Source: Thecamonas trahens ATCC 50062
Lineage: Eukaryota > Protista > Apusomonadida
Length of the DNA: 64,000 nucleotides
NCBI RefSeq assembly: GCF_000142905.1
Contig: NW_013657620.1
Span: forward strand, 62,001 to 126,000
Reading direction: 5' to 3'
A program made the translations under genes and the position numbers. Below, piece by piece: positions 21,843-33,900 of the stretch; position 1 is the stretch's first letter; each line of letters starts with the position of its first letter. The notes below the pieces were generated by a model that ran no database searches, had not been told where the DNA came from, and was given only the letters and a program-made list of their open reading frames with translations.

Positions 21843-23848
21843 ACTTGCTCTTGACTTGACTTGGCGAGGTGCGGGAGTTGTGGTGGTGAGTGGAGTGGCG
21901 TCGGACCGTATCTTTTTTTGCAAAGCGCGAGCGAAAAAAAACTCGCATGGCGGCTGCCGGATAGCTATGGGACACGACCGTTGCTGCTCGAGCCAGGCAG
22001 CCAGGCAATGGCCAGAGGTCAGAGATACTGTGTTTGAGTGTTGGAAGGTGAAGGGGTATGTGTGCTTGTTCTCTATGGCGGTATCTAGAGAGGGGAATGA
22101 AGCCCGAATATGTGGATAGATTTGGTTGCTCGCCGGCTTGACGCCGGAAGCTGCTTACGGAGGGAGTGGTCACTCGCAGCGTGCATGTCTGAGCGGAAAG
22201 ATCCTGGCATACTTAATGTATGTACTGCGCTGCTGCTCCGGTGGGGTGGGTGTGTGGGTGGGATCACATGCTGTGGACCTGGTTGTGCGGGCTGTAGGCA
22301 TGCCGACGGCAAGGGCGTCGTCTGCTTGAAAAATGTGCAACTAGCGAGTCTGCTTCGGCGCCTTAGCCATGCCATTGCACGCGATAGAGGGCTTGTTCCG
22401 AGCGAGAATCAGGTGGCATGCCTGAGTCTGCCTTGAGGCTTGCATGAGTGAGTCCTGGTGGTGTCTTGCTGACGCAGCTTGGGCGGCGCCGGCCTTTCCT
22501 GCGGCACCAAAGCAAGCCACAAGGATACAGTCAGTACCGCGGCCAGTCCCCCTCCCCTCCCCCCTACCCAACGGAATACCATCTCCAAACCTCAGCCAAG
22601 GCGGAGGCGAGGGTGCGTGGAGTGGGTGAGGACAGGGTCGCGCTGATGAGCACGCGTCTGGGCGGAGTTGAGCTGTGGCGCAAGGGCGGGGTCAAGGCCG
22701 GGTCGGGAGGAGTCGTCACACCGGGGCCACGTGAAGAGCCCCGCTAGCAACGTTCCTTGCCACGGTGGCAGACAAAAGGAGGCACGTGAGCGGCTGTGCA
22801 CCCGTCACCGGACGGCGTGTTCACCGCGAGGAGGAGGAGGTCAGTAAGTTGACCACGCCGTGTTGACTGGGAAGGTGACGCCGAAACGCGCTTGCTGCAA
22901 GCCGGCTCGTGACTCCACAAGCTTCGGGGCCCCCGGGCGGGCACAGCGTGGGCAGGCACGCAGCAACGAGAGTTTTCGCCACATAGCGATCAGCAACACG
23001 CTGCAAGCATGTCATGGGCAAGCATGTCATGGGCAATCAAAGGTGCCAAGATGGACGACATGGGAATGTGGTGTTACCATAGAAGGTTCGTCGTGAGCTT
23101 GTTGCCTCGTTGTGTGAGAGCCAATTGACTTTCATAAAAACAGAGCCACGCGGTCAACTCGAGAAACAACGCAGCACGGCCACCCACACCGCCACATAGC
23201 GACACACCACACACCCATCTCAAACCGACGAGGTAAGTAAGCTATCCCCCCCAAAATAAGCAAGCTACAATCACATATACTTAGCAATATGTTCTCCAAT
23301 TTTGATGGATTCATCTCATCTTATGCGACTTGCAGCCGTGGCCACTTGCCATCCTTCAGGAAGGTCACGAACCTCCCCCCCCCCATCCCCTTCTTCGGTT
23401 ATTCTACGTGCTTTGATTTTTGTTGTTGCGTGGTCAAAATCGTATTCATTTTGACGTGTGTGCATCGACGTCGACCACGTGGCGTGGCATGGCCGGTCAG
23501 CGGGCGAACGGCATCTGTCACCATCTCGTGGCCCTTGCAAGGATGGGTGTGGTGGTGGCTGGAAATGGATGATTTGCTGGCGTGTCCCTCACTTACCTTT
23601 GCAATTATGGCGGGCGTGCTTTCCTCGTCTTCCCTACTCTTGGCGACGATAATTGGCGTCATGGTGACTCAACGTTACGTCTCGGTGATTACCCTCACAT
23701 GAACATCTTTGATGGATATCGCTCATTGGCACGGCTGCTTTGCCTGCGACTGGCGATGCCCTTGACGTTGCATCGGATCGCGTTGTCTTTCTATGGTGCG
23801 TGTGTGGCTGCTGGACGACGACAGTCTCACTGAACCACACCTTTGACC

Positions 23849-25908
23849 ATGGCTGCTGACATGAAGACGCGCCCGACCGAGGCCTTTGCGTTTGGCCACG
23901 AGGGGCCTGTCAACATCAGATGGAACAAACTGGCGTCGACGTATGTGTCGGACGATCCGCGAGCCAAGGCGTCGTCACTGTTTGAACTGCGGGCGACGAA
24001 CGGATACATGCCGACACATCATCCGCTGACCACGCTGCCTGAGCCGTTTGGCCCGCTCGACTCGCTGCTGCGGCGGATGCCGGCGAAGCTGCGTGCCGAG
24101 AACCCGCGGCCGGGCCAGGAACTAGTGTCGGAGGACAAGGGCCTGTTGTTTGTGGGCGATCGGGTGGAGCCGCCTGCAGGTTCTGCGGCAGCGGCGGAAT
24201 TGAAGCAGATCTGCTCGGAAGAGCGGTCACTGATCAAGGAGCTTGAGGCGGCGACCGAGACCGAGACCGCCGAGGCGCTGTCTGCGGCGCTGCTCGAGGT
24301 GCAGGAGAAGAAGCGGAGCGTGTACCATGGGCTCATTCCCGACGTTGCCGCGCGATTCGAGGCGCTCTACCGCGGCGACCGAGTCGATGCTCAGCTCCCG
24401 CTCTACGGCGAGGTTGCAGCGCTGCCGAACTTGGTGCAGGCTGCACGTGATGTGGTGGCGCACGCCGAGCGTGGGCAGTCGCCGCTCATCATGGCGCTCT
24501 TCCGCGACTACTCGTTCCTGCTCTCGGCGTACATCTTTGAGCCGGCGCACTGGTACTACCAGTTCCACTATCGCATTCCCAGCATCCGTGGGCAGAAGAC
24601 TGAGAACGCGTACGGGTTTGCGCGGTCGGTCGTCCCGCCGCAGATCGCGCAGCCGCTCAAGGTCATTGCCGACGCCATCGGGCTCAAGCCGTTTGTCGAG
24701 TACTCGTGCGGATGGGGCCTCAACAACTGGCGCTTTGTCCAGGACACACTCGAGACCACGGCAGTCCCGCACTTTGTTTTTCCGACGGTTCGCTCAACTA
24801 TGCGGCGCTGACCGAGGCCGGCATGTTTGAGTACGACAACCTCGACATTGTGCGGCCGAACACCGGGACCGAGGACGAGCGTGGCTTTGCCGTCGTCCAC
24901 GTCCAGCTCGAGGCTTACACCTCGCAGCTCATTGCCGCCGCGCGGGTCATTATCGAGAGTGCGGAGCAGCTGACGATCGGCGCGGACGGCGCGGCGAGCG
25001 AGAGCTCGCTGCACGCTCTCCGGTCGGCGCTGCACATGCACGCCGAGGGCATGAAGCGCATTTGCGAGATCCAGCACACCATGTGGAAGCGCTCCAAGCC
25101 AGCAGCGTACCTTGACCTGCGGACGTTCATCTACGGCGTGGAGGGCAACTGCGGGCCAAACAAGATGTTCCCGGCCGAGGGACTTGCGTACGAGTTTGAG
25201 GAGGGCCGGCAGTTCCTCAAGCCGCGCGGCGAGTCGGGCGCCAACTCGTCGATCATTCCGGGCGCCGACACGCTCTTTGGCGTTGTCTTTATGTACCCGG
25301 AGAACAACCTGACCAAGTACCTCTCGGAGCTGCGCTCGTACCGGCCGCTGCTGCAGCGCGATTATCTGCGGCTGCTGGGCGATGCCGTCGTCCGCCACAA
25401 CATTGTCGAGTGCCAAGCGTCGACGGATGCCGACGGTCGCGACACCTCGGTGGTCGGCGGCGTGCTCGCCCGCGATCCAGTCGCCAAGTTCCTCTGGCTT
25501 CTCAACGTCTCGCTCATCCGCCGCTTCCGCATGGAGCACTGGCGCCACACCAAGGCCTTTATCATCAAGCACACTCGCAACCCGGTGGCGACCGGCGGCA
25601 CTCCGATCACCCAGTGGCTGCCCAACCAGCTCGGCGCTGTCCTCCGTCTCATGCAGGCCATTACCGCCTCGTTCACTGAGGACGACATCGATGTCATCAA
25701 CGAGCACTTTGCGCCCGAGCTCACCCAGCTCCGCACCTACTTTGAGTCCCGCCCGGCTCTTCCGCAATCGGTGCTCGACGCCATCGACTCGGCCGACTCG
25801 GCCTACGACATGCTCTCCGCCGCCTTTGACGGCACTGTCGCCTTTTGTCTCCAGGAGCTCCAGCAAGATGCCGCTGAGCTCAAGGGCCTCTTTACCGACC
25901 AGGAGTAA
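23849..25908 (+). CDS. IDO: Indoleamine 2,3-dioxygenase family, fungal IDO-gamma (IdoC)-like (~686 aa; frameshift at 24777-24781)
   Basis: NGYMP..HPLTTLP..F..LDSLLRRMP; ALFRDYSFLLSAYIFEP; KPFVEY; ERGFAVVHV; MWKRSKP..Y...RTFIYG; RGESGANSSIIP; FRMEHW; ATGGTPITQWLPNQL. One extra T joins the two ORFs (2061 nt = 687 codons). Confidence 0.9.
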
Positions 25909-26042
25909 ACGACCGCCGCATTGAATGGCCAACGGTGAGCTCACAGGGAGCTCACCGCGAGCCGCCATCGATGGCAGCCGCACAGCACCGAGACGGCACA
26001 TGCTCGGCGCCAACAGATCCTAAAAGAGTGCGGGGTACTTTA

Positions 26043-27371
26043 TCAAGGGTGGGAGGCAAAGATGTCCGGGACAATCGACGAGAGAAAGTGTCGCAGCGAC
26101 GGCGGGGTGTCCAGAGGGAGGGCGAGGCTGGCGCGCTCGGCCGCGGACGAAGCGGCAGGCGCAGCAGACGATGCAGACGATCCTGATGGCAGCGGCATGG
26201 GCGGCGGGCGCGGCGAGAGCAGATCGGCGAGCGTTGTCGACGAGTACGCCGCCCGCGCCTCCGAGTTGAGGTTCTTGAGCTTCTTGAAGCCCGGCAGCGC
26301 CGCCAGCGGGGAGTGCAGCAGCGTGTGCAGCGACGACGACGCCGCTGGCGTCGCCAGCAGCGCCTGTATCGAGGTCGGCGAGAGGAGCGAGTAGAACGAG
26401 GCGTCGCCCGGCGGCGGCGGCGGGAGCGGTCCTTCCGACGCCGCTGGCATCGCCGCGGCAAGAGGGGGTGCTGCACTTCCATGAGTGCGGGGCTGGCTGG
26501 CCTCGGCTCCGTTTCCGCCTCCGCCGCGCTGCGGCACAACCACCCGCGGCCGCGACCGCGAGCTGGCCCGCGACGCCCGCGCCGACGGCGGACGCGATCC
26601 TGCCGGCGATGCCGAAGCTGAGCTCGACGACCGCTCGCTGCGAGCACGCTGCGCGCTGGGTAGGCTCGCTGCCGCCAGCGGAGCGGCGGCGGTGGCGGCG
26701 GCGGCGGCCGAGGCAGCGGCGGCGGCAGCGGCGGCAGCGGCGGCAGTGGGCCCAGCCTGGTCTGCACTCAGCGCTGCGATAAGGGCACTGACAGTCTCGT
26801 GCATGGCCAGAGTCGTCTGTTGGGTATCGGCCAGCTCTGAGCGGAGGGCAACGACGGTCTCCTCAGCCGCATCAAGGCGCGACTGGAGCTCGGTGTGACC
26901 GGAGGCGAGCAGGGTCAGCTCCGACTCCATTTCGGACCGCTTGCGCTTGAGCGATTCGACTTCGGACTGAAGCGCGAGGGCACGGACCTCAACGTCTGCG
27001 CCAGCGGGCTTGCGGTTGCGGACAATGTTGGCAAGGAGGTCAGGCCGGTCACGGATGAAGCACTTGTGGTAGAAGGACATGTCCGACGGATCGCCAAAGC
27101 GGACTTTGCGGAAGCCGTACAGGTTGAACTGCCGATGCATCGACGCAATTCTCCCATGCTTGAAGAACCGCGGCAGAATCTCCGCCGCCAGCTCGTCGTC
27201 GCCCACAATCTCAAACGACCGTCCGTCCTGCTTCCATCGGATCAGCGCGTCCGTCTCCGGATCAGAGACCAGCTCAAAGGCCTTGGTCAGGAACGGCGAG
27301 ATCTTCTTCTTGCTGCCACTCTTGGTTGCACCAGTACTTTGCGCACCACGAGGCGCGCCACCACCAGGCAT
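26043..27371 (-). CDS. HSF: Heat shock transcription factor (HSF DNA-binding domain and trimerisation coiled coil)
   Basis: PFLTKAFELVSDPETDALIRW..DGRSF...ILPRFFKHGRIASMHRQFNLYGFRKV...FYHKCFIRDRPDLLANIVR, followed by a heptad region. Confidence 0.93.
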   Translation of the reverse strand: MPGGGAPRGAQSTGATKSGSKKKISPFLTKAFELVSDPETDALIRWKQDGRSFEIVGDDELAAEILPRFFKHGRIASMHRQFNLYGFRKVRFGDPSDMSFYHKCFIRDRPDLLANIVRNRKPAGADVEVRALALQSEVESLKRKRSEMESELTLLASGHTELQSRLDAAEETVVALRSELADTQQTTLAMHETVSALIAALSADQAGPTAAAAAAAAAAASAAAAATAAAPLAAASLPSAQRARSERSSSSASASPAGSRPPSARASRASSRSRPRVVVPQRGGGGNGAEASQPRTHGSAAPPLAAAMPAASEGPLPPPPPGDASFYSLLSPTSIQALLATPAASSSLHTLLHSPLAALPGFKKLKNLNSEARAAYSSTTLADLLSPRPPPMPLPSGSSASSAAPAASSAAERASLALPLDTPPSLRHFLSSIVPDIFASHP

Positions 27372-27688
27372 GTTGATGGTCTATTGGGGGGGGGGGGGGG
27401 GGTAATGGGGACAGAATTCGAACCTTCGATTCGAACCTTTCGACGCGGCCTCACGAAGAACTCAGCTCCTTGAGGGACGGCAATGACGGGGGGAGAGGGT
27501 ACGGACTAGAGGTGTGGAGTGCGTGCTTCTGCATATGTTAGGCTTGTTCTTGGTTCGCTCCCGGCAAAGTATGTGGCGGGAGGGTGTGTGGCGGGGGTTG
27601 ACGGTGACGGTGAGTCGGTTTTCCAGGTCTGATGGAAAGTCGGGTGGAGAACGGGGAGCAGGGAGTCGTACCGTACCATTGGAGAGCG

Positions 27689-27814
27689 GAACGAACGAAC
27701 GAACGGGTGAGCGATGACACGAACGAAGCGAACGAACGAATGAACGATGACATGAACGAAGCGAAAGAACGAATGAGCGATGACATGAACGAAGCGAACG
27801 AACGAATGAACGAT
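27689..27814. repeat. 33-bp minisatellite (GAACGAAGCGAACGAACGAATGAACGATGACAT) x~3.7
   Basis: Units start at 27721, 27754 and 27787; lies between the divergent HSF and ZSWIM7 genes. Confidence 0.9.
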
Positions 27815-27957
27815 TGGTGGAACAAACCATCGATTGAAGGTATGTACTCGATGGAACGAAACGATGGCCATCATGTTGGCCTGACCAATGCCTCCTCCTC
27901 CCCTTCACCCTCTCCTCTACCTCCCCCCTCCCCCCCTCCCCCCAGCCCCAGCCCACC

Positions 27958-28588
27958 ATGACCAACATGCCCATCCAAGACCTAGTGGTCAATGTCAACC
28001 TAGGTGACNNNNNNNNNNNNNNNNNNNNNNNNNNNNNNNNNNNNNNNNNNNNNNNNNNNNNNNNNNNNNNNNNNNNNNNNNNNNNNNNNNNNNNNNNNNN
28101 NNNNNNNNCCCCCCCCCCCCCCCCCCCCCCTCCCCCCTCCTCCACCCTGTTCTACGACCTTTTCTGGCCACACTCACCAACCACGACCTTTTTCACCTCC
28201 GCCGCCGCCAGTCTCTTCGGCCTCGCTGGGCAAGCTGGCGGTCCTCTTCCCGGCCGATGACATTGGAGGTGGGCCATCGGTGTTGACTACTGCGTTGGAC
28301 GTCCTTGATCGGGGCCTACTCGAGCTTGTTGAGGCTGTGCCCTCGGGCCGCTCGGCCGTCTTTGCCTCCTCGCGCACCTCGCCCGCCCGCTATTTGGTCC
28401 TCGGCACGCACTACTGCTCGTGCCCGGCGTTTATCCAGGCGGTTCGCTCGGCGAGCGCCGCCTTTTGCAAGCACCAGCTCGCAGCCATGCTCTCGTCGCT
28501 CGGCGTCGGCGGCGCCATCGCGACGCGCCGTGTTGACGACGCCCACATGGCCTGTGCTCTGCTCGACGGCCGAACACGCCTCCGCTGA
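27958..28588 (+). CDS. ZSWIM7: SWIM zinc-finger Shu-complex protein ZSWIM7/SWS1; exon 1 runs into the gap, exon 2 from ~28212
   Basis: ALDVLDRG...PSGRS...YLVLGTHYCSCPAF...FCKHQLA (CxC-xn-CxH). Probable first exon MTNMPIQDLVV; acceptor CAG at 28209-28211. Confidence 0.85.
28009..28108. other. Assembly gap (100 N)
   Basis: N run followed by poly-C. Confidence 1.
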
Positions 28589-28611
28589 GCCACGCGACGC
28601 TGGCTCTGCGC

Positions 28612-30855
28612 TCAGATCCAGCCCCGCTCCAGACCCAGCGCCGCCACCACCATCAGGCCCACGTACGCCGCCACTCCGACTCCCGCCACTCCTATCCGTA
28701 GAGGATACGAGAGACACGGCGCTACTGTCGATTGCAACCGCTCGTGGGTGGCGGCGAGGCTCGCCTCGTCAAGCGGCGCAGGCACCGCCCCGCCCTCCAC
28801 CACGTCCAGCTCGACGGCAACAGTGTGCGGGACGCCAGCGACGCGCGCCGCCTGGTACACGTACGTGTCGATGACAAAGTTGGAGAGCGCAGGGAGGAAG
28901 ACCCACGCCAGAAAGGCGATCGCCAGCGTCTCCAGCAGGCCGAACGAGACGAGCTCGTAGATGGCGCGGTCGCCGCGCGCCGCCACTGTCCTTCGCTCCG
29001 TCTCGCGAAACTCGACCGGCGCCTCAAAGTTGACCCGCTCCGTCTCGACCGTCAGCACCGAGTAGAGGCCGCCAAAGAGCGAGAACGGGAGCTGGAACTC
29101 AGTTCCATTGACCTCGTACCCGGTTTCCAGGCCTTGCTCGACCCACTGACCCTGGCCCTGCAGCTGAGCCATGTAAAAGTTCTTGCGGACCCACGCCGGA
29201 TCGTCCGCCGCCTTGCTTGCGCTCGGCGACAGCCGCCGCCACGTGGTAAGGAACGAGCCGACCAGGAACGGGACCCGATGGAGCCACTCCTCGACGAGAC
29301 TCACAGAAAGCTCGTACCGCTTGACAAGCTGCGTGTAGTGCGTCAGGTTCGCGTTGCGCGCCTGAGTAAAGTTGGCCATGTACTCGGCCCGGAGAGCGTC
29401 GGCATGCGCCCGCTGGCTCCACGATGCGCCGACCTCGGCCACCGAGATCAGCCCGTTCCCGTTAGCCGCCGTGTACCGCGCCGGCACCACAATTGCCATG
29501 TAGTACAGCAGCGCCAGTGCGGCAGCGAGCGCCACGCCCACAACCCACGGCACAAGCTGCTGTACCACGCGCATCGCCTTGCCGGCACACGCCCCGCCGC
29601 GGCAGCAGAACGTGTACACCGACCGCCGCAAGTCGAGCGAGAACGACTTGGACAGCTCGCGTCCGCGCATCCGCCCCACCTCCACCATCACCCGGTACGC
29701 TTGCACCACAAAGTCCACAAAGAGCAGCAGCGAAAAGGCAGCCACAGCTACGGCCTCTAGCGGCGACAGATGCATCTCATACTCGTACGCCAAAATCTCG
29801 GCCTGCGAAGCGTTGGCAGAAAAGACCACAAGCTCTGGCACGCCGACGTCGACCAGCGACTGAATGTACGCCACCTCTTCGTCGCTCACCACCTCGGGTG
29901 GATCGTAGTCGCGGACAACACTAGCCGCCAGCCTGCTCAGTCTACTCCGCAGCTCGCCAGGCACCCGGACCACAACAGATCCAGCGTCTAGCCCGATTGT
30001 CACACGCGCAGAGACCTCAAACAGCGAGTTGAGCGTCGACGAGAAAGGAAAGCCTGGCACAGCCTCGAGCAGTGGCTGGAAGAACCGCAATGTCTCGATG
30101 ACCTGCAGGATCTGCGGCTTGGAGAGCGTCAGCGAGCCCATCACAGACGGCATCTCCGTCTCCATGCTCACCATCTGGCCCTCCACTGTGTAGTTGACCC
30201 GTTGCGTATAGCGCAAGAGGTAGTTGCGGTCGTACGCCGCCCGCACCCGCGCTGAATTGTTGAGCTTGGCAATGAGCCCCGCACCCGTCGCCGCCTCGTC
30301 CACCAGTGGCGGCGTGATCAGGAGCGCCTCAAACTCAAGAAACGTCATCGGCCAGCACAGATCACGCTCCTCCTCCGTCTGTGACGGCGACCCGTGGTCG
30401 CGCTCGATACCCTTCACGTCCGGGTGCATGCCTTCGCACCAGCTCTCACGAAACCGGCCAAACGGAGCGTTAAACACATCCCATCGGCCGCGGACTTGCG
30501 CCGCATACGTCGTCTCCAGCCACGCCTGCCCAACCGTGAGCGAGCCGTTGGCCCATCTGGCGACGTCGAGTGACTCGGCCGCGTAGGCGTGCTCCGCCAG
30601 CCGGAGATCGTGAGCCACAAGATTGGCCACCACTGCACGCTCGCGCTGGACAACCTCCATCTCGCCCACAAACCGGAGTGCAGGCCCGGTGATGCCTACG
30701 AGCACCACAATGAGTACCACATGCGCCACCTTGAGCGTTGCGTAGATGCACAACACACTGCGCGAACGTACGTCTGCCACACCCTCCTCGCCATGCAGAT
30801 CGTATGACTTGCCGTCGTGCTTGGTCCGCGTCCCAGACCGCACCAAACGGCCCAT
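28612..30855 (-). CDS. Uncharacterised multi-pass membrane glycoprotein (747 aa, ~5 TMs, two large loops with N-x-S/T sites)
   Basis: Long ORF with several hydrophobic segments; family not recognised. Confidence 0.7.
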   Translation of the reverse strand: MGRLVRSGTRTKHDGKSYDLHGEEGVADVRSRSVLCIYATLKVAHVVLIVVLVGITGPALRFVGEMEVVQRERAVVANLVAHDLRLAEHAYAAESLDVARWANGSLTVGQAWLETTYAAQVRGRWDVFNAPFGRFRESWCEGMHPDVKGIERDHGSPSQTEEERDLCWPMTFLEFEALLITPPLVDEAATGAGLIAKLNNSARVRAAYDRNYLLRYTQRVNYTVEGQMVSMETEMPSVMGSLTLSKPQILQVIETLRFFQPLLEAVPGFPFSSTLNSLFEVSARVTIGLDAGSVVVRVPGELRSRLSRLAASVVRDYDPPEVVSDEEVAYIQSLVDVGVPELVVFSANASQAEILAYEYEMHLSPLEAVAVAAFSLLLFVDFVVQAYRVMVEVGRMRGRELSKSFSLDLRRSVYTFCCRGGACAGKAMRVVQQLVPWVVGVALAAALALLYYMAIVVPARYTAANGNGLISVAEVGASWSQRAHADALRAEYMANFTQARNANLTHYTQLVKRYELSVSLVEEWLHRVPFLVGSFLTTWRRLSPSASKAADDPAWVRKNFYMAQLQGQGQWVEQGLETGYEVNGTEFQLPFSLFGGLYSVLTVETERVNFEAPVEFRETERRTVAARGDRAIYELVSFGLLETLAIAFLAWVFLPALSNFVIDTYVYQAARVAGVPHTVAVELDVVEGGAVPAPLDEASLAATHERLQSTVAPCLSYPLRIGVAGVGVAAYVGLMVVAALGLERGWI

Positions 30856-30994
30856 CAGCTGTCGGCCGCAGTAAACGCAGCGCTACTCGTGTGCAGGAGT
30901 GGAGTGGCGAGCAGCAACTGGCTTGTCCGCCCTCTCGTACCATGCCGCGGGCACCTGGTCCGTTGATCAATGTCCAGCCCGTTTCCCGGGTACC

Positions 30995-33900
30995 TCAATC
31001 GCAGTACCGCGGCATGTCAAACGAGACCGAGAGCGCGTCGACGCCAAGACCCTTAGCGTCGTCGCTCCCGCCGTCTGCTCCGACTTTGGCATGGGTGAGC
31101 TTAGAAAAGTATGCAAAGTCAGCCACAAAGCCGTTCCATTCGTCAGCAAACTCGTCCTCGGACGTGGTGCCCGACCAGACACGCTGCAGCTGCGCCGCCG
31201 CATCAGTGAGTGCCGGCGAGGCCGATGCCGGAAAGCCAGCGTCCACAAGCGCAGGCACAAACTGGTGGTAGAACTCGTCGAGCACCGGTGCCGCTGCCGT
31301 CCAAGCCAGCGAGCTCATGTCGTCGCGGGCGATGGCAAGCGCATCGCGTGCACCGATGGCGACAAGGACCGAAAGCACTTTCCACCGCAACGACGGCTGC
31401 GCCGAATCAGCGGCAAAGAGCCGCCCCTCGGGTGAACCTAGAATCCGCAGGTAGTTGAGCGAGTCACGGACCGCCACAAGGTCGATCTCGCCCCGCAGTC
31501 GGCTCACCAGCTCGCCGACCACAGCCTCCATCTCTCCCGCCGAGACCAAGTAGTTCGAGTGGAAAAAGGCGAGCTCGTAGAGCAGCCGCAGGTACTTGCG
31601 CTTGAGCACAACCGAGGCCGTCGGCGACGCCGGCGGCAACGCCTCGCCCAGCCCCGAGCCGACTGCAAACGAGACAATGGCAGGCAGAAGGCTTGCAAAC
31701 TCGTCGCGCGCGCCCTGGACCATGAGCGAGAACAGGCCCAGGACTGCACCGACAAGCGCGTCGTGCTCGCGCGCAAGCACGTCCAGCTCGACGCTCTGGA
31801 CCATGCTCAATAGCGTCTGCGCCAGCGCTTCGGTCAGCTCAACTGAGACCTCGGCGCGGATAGCGCCAAAGATGGCAAGCAGGGCCTCCGCAGCATAGCT
31901 GGCCTCGTCAAGCTCGCCGGCGCTCAGTGCGCGCGCAAACAGGCCCCGCACCAGCGGAAGGAGGACAGGTGCGAGAATGCTGGCAACTTGCCGGCGCGCC
32001 AGACTCGCGAGCTCGCCCATGTCGATGCCATCGCGCGCGACCCGGCCCAGGAGGCGTGCGAGCGAGACGCCACCGCCATCGTTGCATCGAGCGTGCGACT
32101 CGAGCTCGTCCAGCGACGTCAGCAACGCCGACGCCAGACCGCCCAGGACGCCTACCAGCGGACCGTCGGCGCCGAGCCGGAATTCCCAGTCCTGGTCGTC
32201 GTCGCTCGTCCACGGGTAGGCGCAGCCGGCAGCAAGCACAAAGACGCCGACCAGCTTGGCCTGGGTCTCACATCTCATTTCCGAGTCGGCCATGTCAGTA
32301 ACGGTCCAGCTTGCGAGGGCGGCAAAGGTATCGAGGTGGACAAGGCCTGGGAGCCGGAGCGTGGTGGCAAGCCCGGCGAGGACGGCGACGGCGGCGTCAA
32401 GGACCTCGGGCGAGTGCGCATCCGGATCGAGCAGGCTTGTTGCGGCTTCGACAAGCGTCCCAACAAGGCCGTGCATCTCGTCGCGGCGGCCAAGGTCGGA
32501 CTCGGCGTACATGCGGGCCCACTCGAGCGAGGCACGCACAAAGTTCAGGTCGGCCACCAGGAGCGCGTCGACCGGACCTGGCGCAAGGCGTGCGACGTCG
32601 CCGGCGTTGGCGGCCCACGCCAGCAGCTCGAGGGTCATGACCAGAACCTGGGCCGCATCATTGCTCCGCTCCGCAAACTCCTCGACAAAGACGGTGACCA
32701 GTGGTGTGAGGAGCTGAACGAGCATGGCCACGTCCTTGAGCGTGCAGTTGAGGATGTGCAGCGAGTGGCGGTCGGTCGCAACCGACGCAGTAGCGGCAAC
32801 ATCTTCGATGCGCTCTAGGTGCGAGTGGAGGACCGAGGTGAGGAGGCCGAGGACGGTGTCTGGATAGACACCGGCAAGCGGGACGAGGACAGCACTGGCT
32901 GCGGCTCGGAGGGTGCCGAGCGTGATGCCGGTCGTGCCCTCAAACTCACCCGAGGCCTTGAGCGCGCCAAGCATGTTGTCCTCCATCGAGAACGAGAGGG
33001 CGGTGACAATGTTGTGGAGGAGGGCCTCGGCGAGCTCGGCGTAAACAGCCGTAAACTCGTTGGCGAGTGCGGCCGACGCGCTACCGCGGGCCGACGAGAG
33101 CAGGGCGGTGAGCGAGGTGGCATCGGCGAGCGCGGCGAGGCCGGTGAGGTACTCGGCAATGGGGAGCCAGACCTCGGAGAGGACTTGGATGTAGAGCTCG
33201 GCGGATGGGAGGGCACGCGTGTACTCGAGCACAAAGTGGAGCCACTGAGCGAGTGAGAACGACTCGAGCCGTGAGGCGGCCGACGCCGAGGCCACTCGCT
33301 CGAGGTGCGACGAGACAAAGAGCGAGACAACGTGGGTGACTAGCGAGCAGATGCGCGGCTGGAGCGAGGCCTCGGCGTCAGCGAGCGATGAGAGGAGCGA
33401 GGCGAGGGTCGAGAAGACAGCAAGAACGTAGTCCTCGAAAGCGTCGGGCATGTACGGCACCTCCATGAGGAGAGCCAAGATGCGGAGGGCCAGGAGGGCG
33501 ACGTGGCCCGAGCCGCCGCTGCTGCCGAGGGCAACCAGCGGGAGAATGAGCGAGACGTCCGAGGCTTTGAGCACGCCCGCCACCTGCTTTGCAGTGGTTC
33601 CGGAGAGGAGCTCGATGATGATAGTGAGAGCAAGCCGGAGGGCATGCTCGGCGTCGTCAGTAAGGGCGGTGAGCGTCGGCGCTGAGGCGACAACGCGCAG
33701 AACGACGGCGAGAATGTCGGGCAGCGAGGAACCGAGAACAGCCACGAGCTCGGCTCGGCGAGCCGATGAGACGTCGCGATGGCGGGCCGTGCCAGTCACC
33801 TCTTCCACAAAGGCAACCAGGATCTTGAGGCCGACGACGGCAAGCGGTTGATGCGAAACAGCCGCGAGGCGGAGGACGGTGGGGAGAAAGGCCGGAAGGC

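Noticed and set aside
24568-26013. 481-aa antisense ORF over IDO (and similar shadows over TAF4, XPO6 and the giant receptor)
   Set aside because: Expected antisense shadows of GC3-rich coding sequence.
27689-27814. 33-bp repeats as CRISPR or as coding ORFs
   Set aside because: No unique spacers; the short ORFs are just translations of the repeat.
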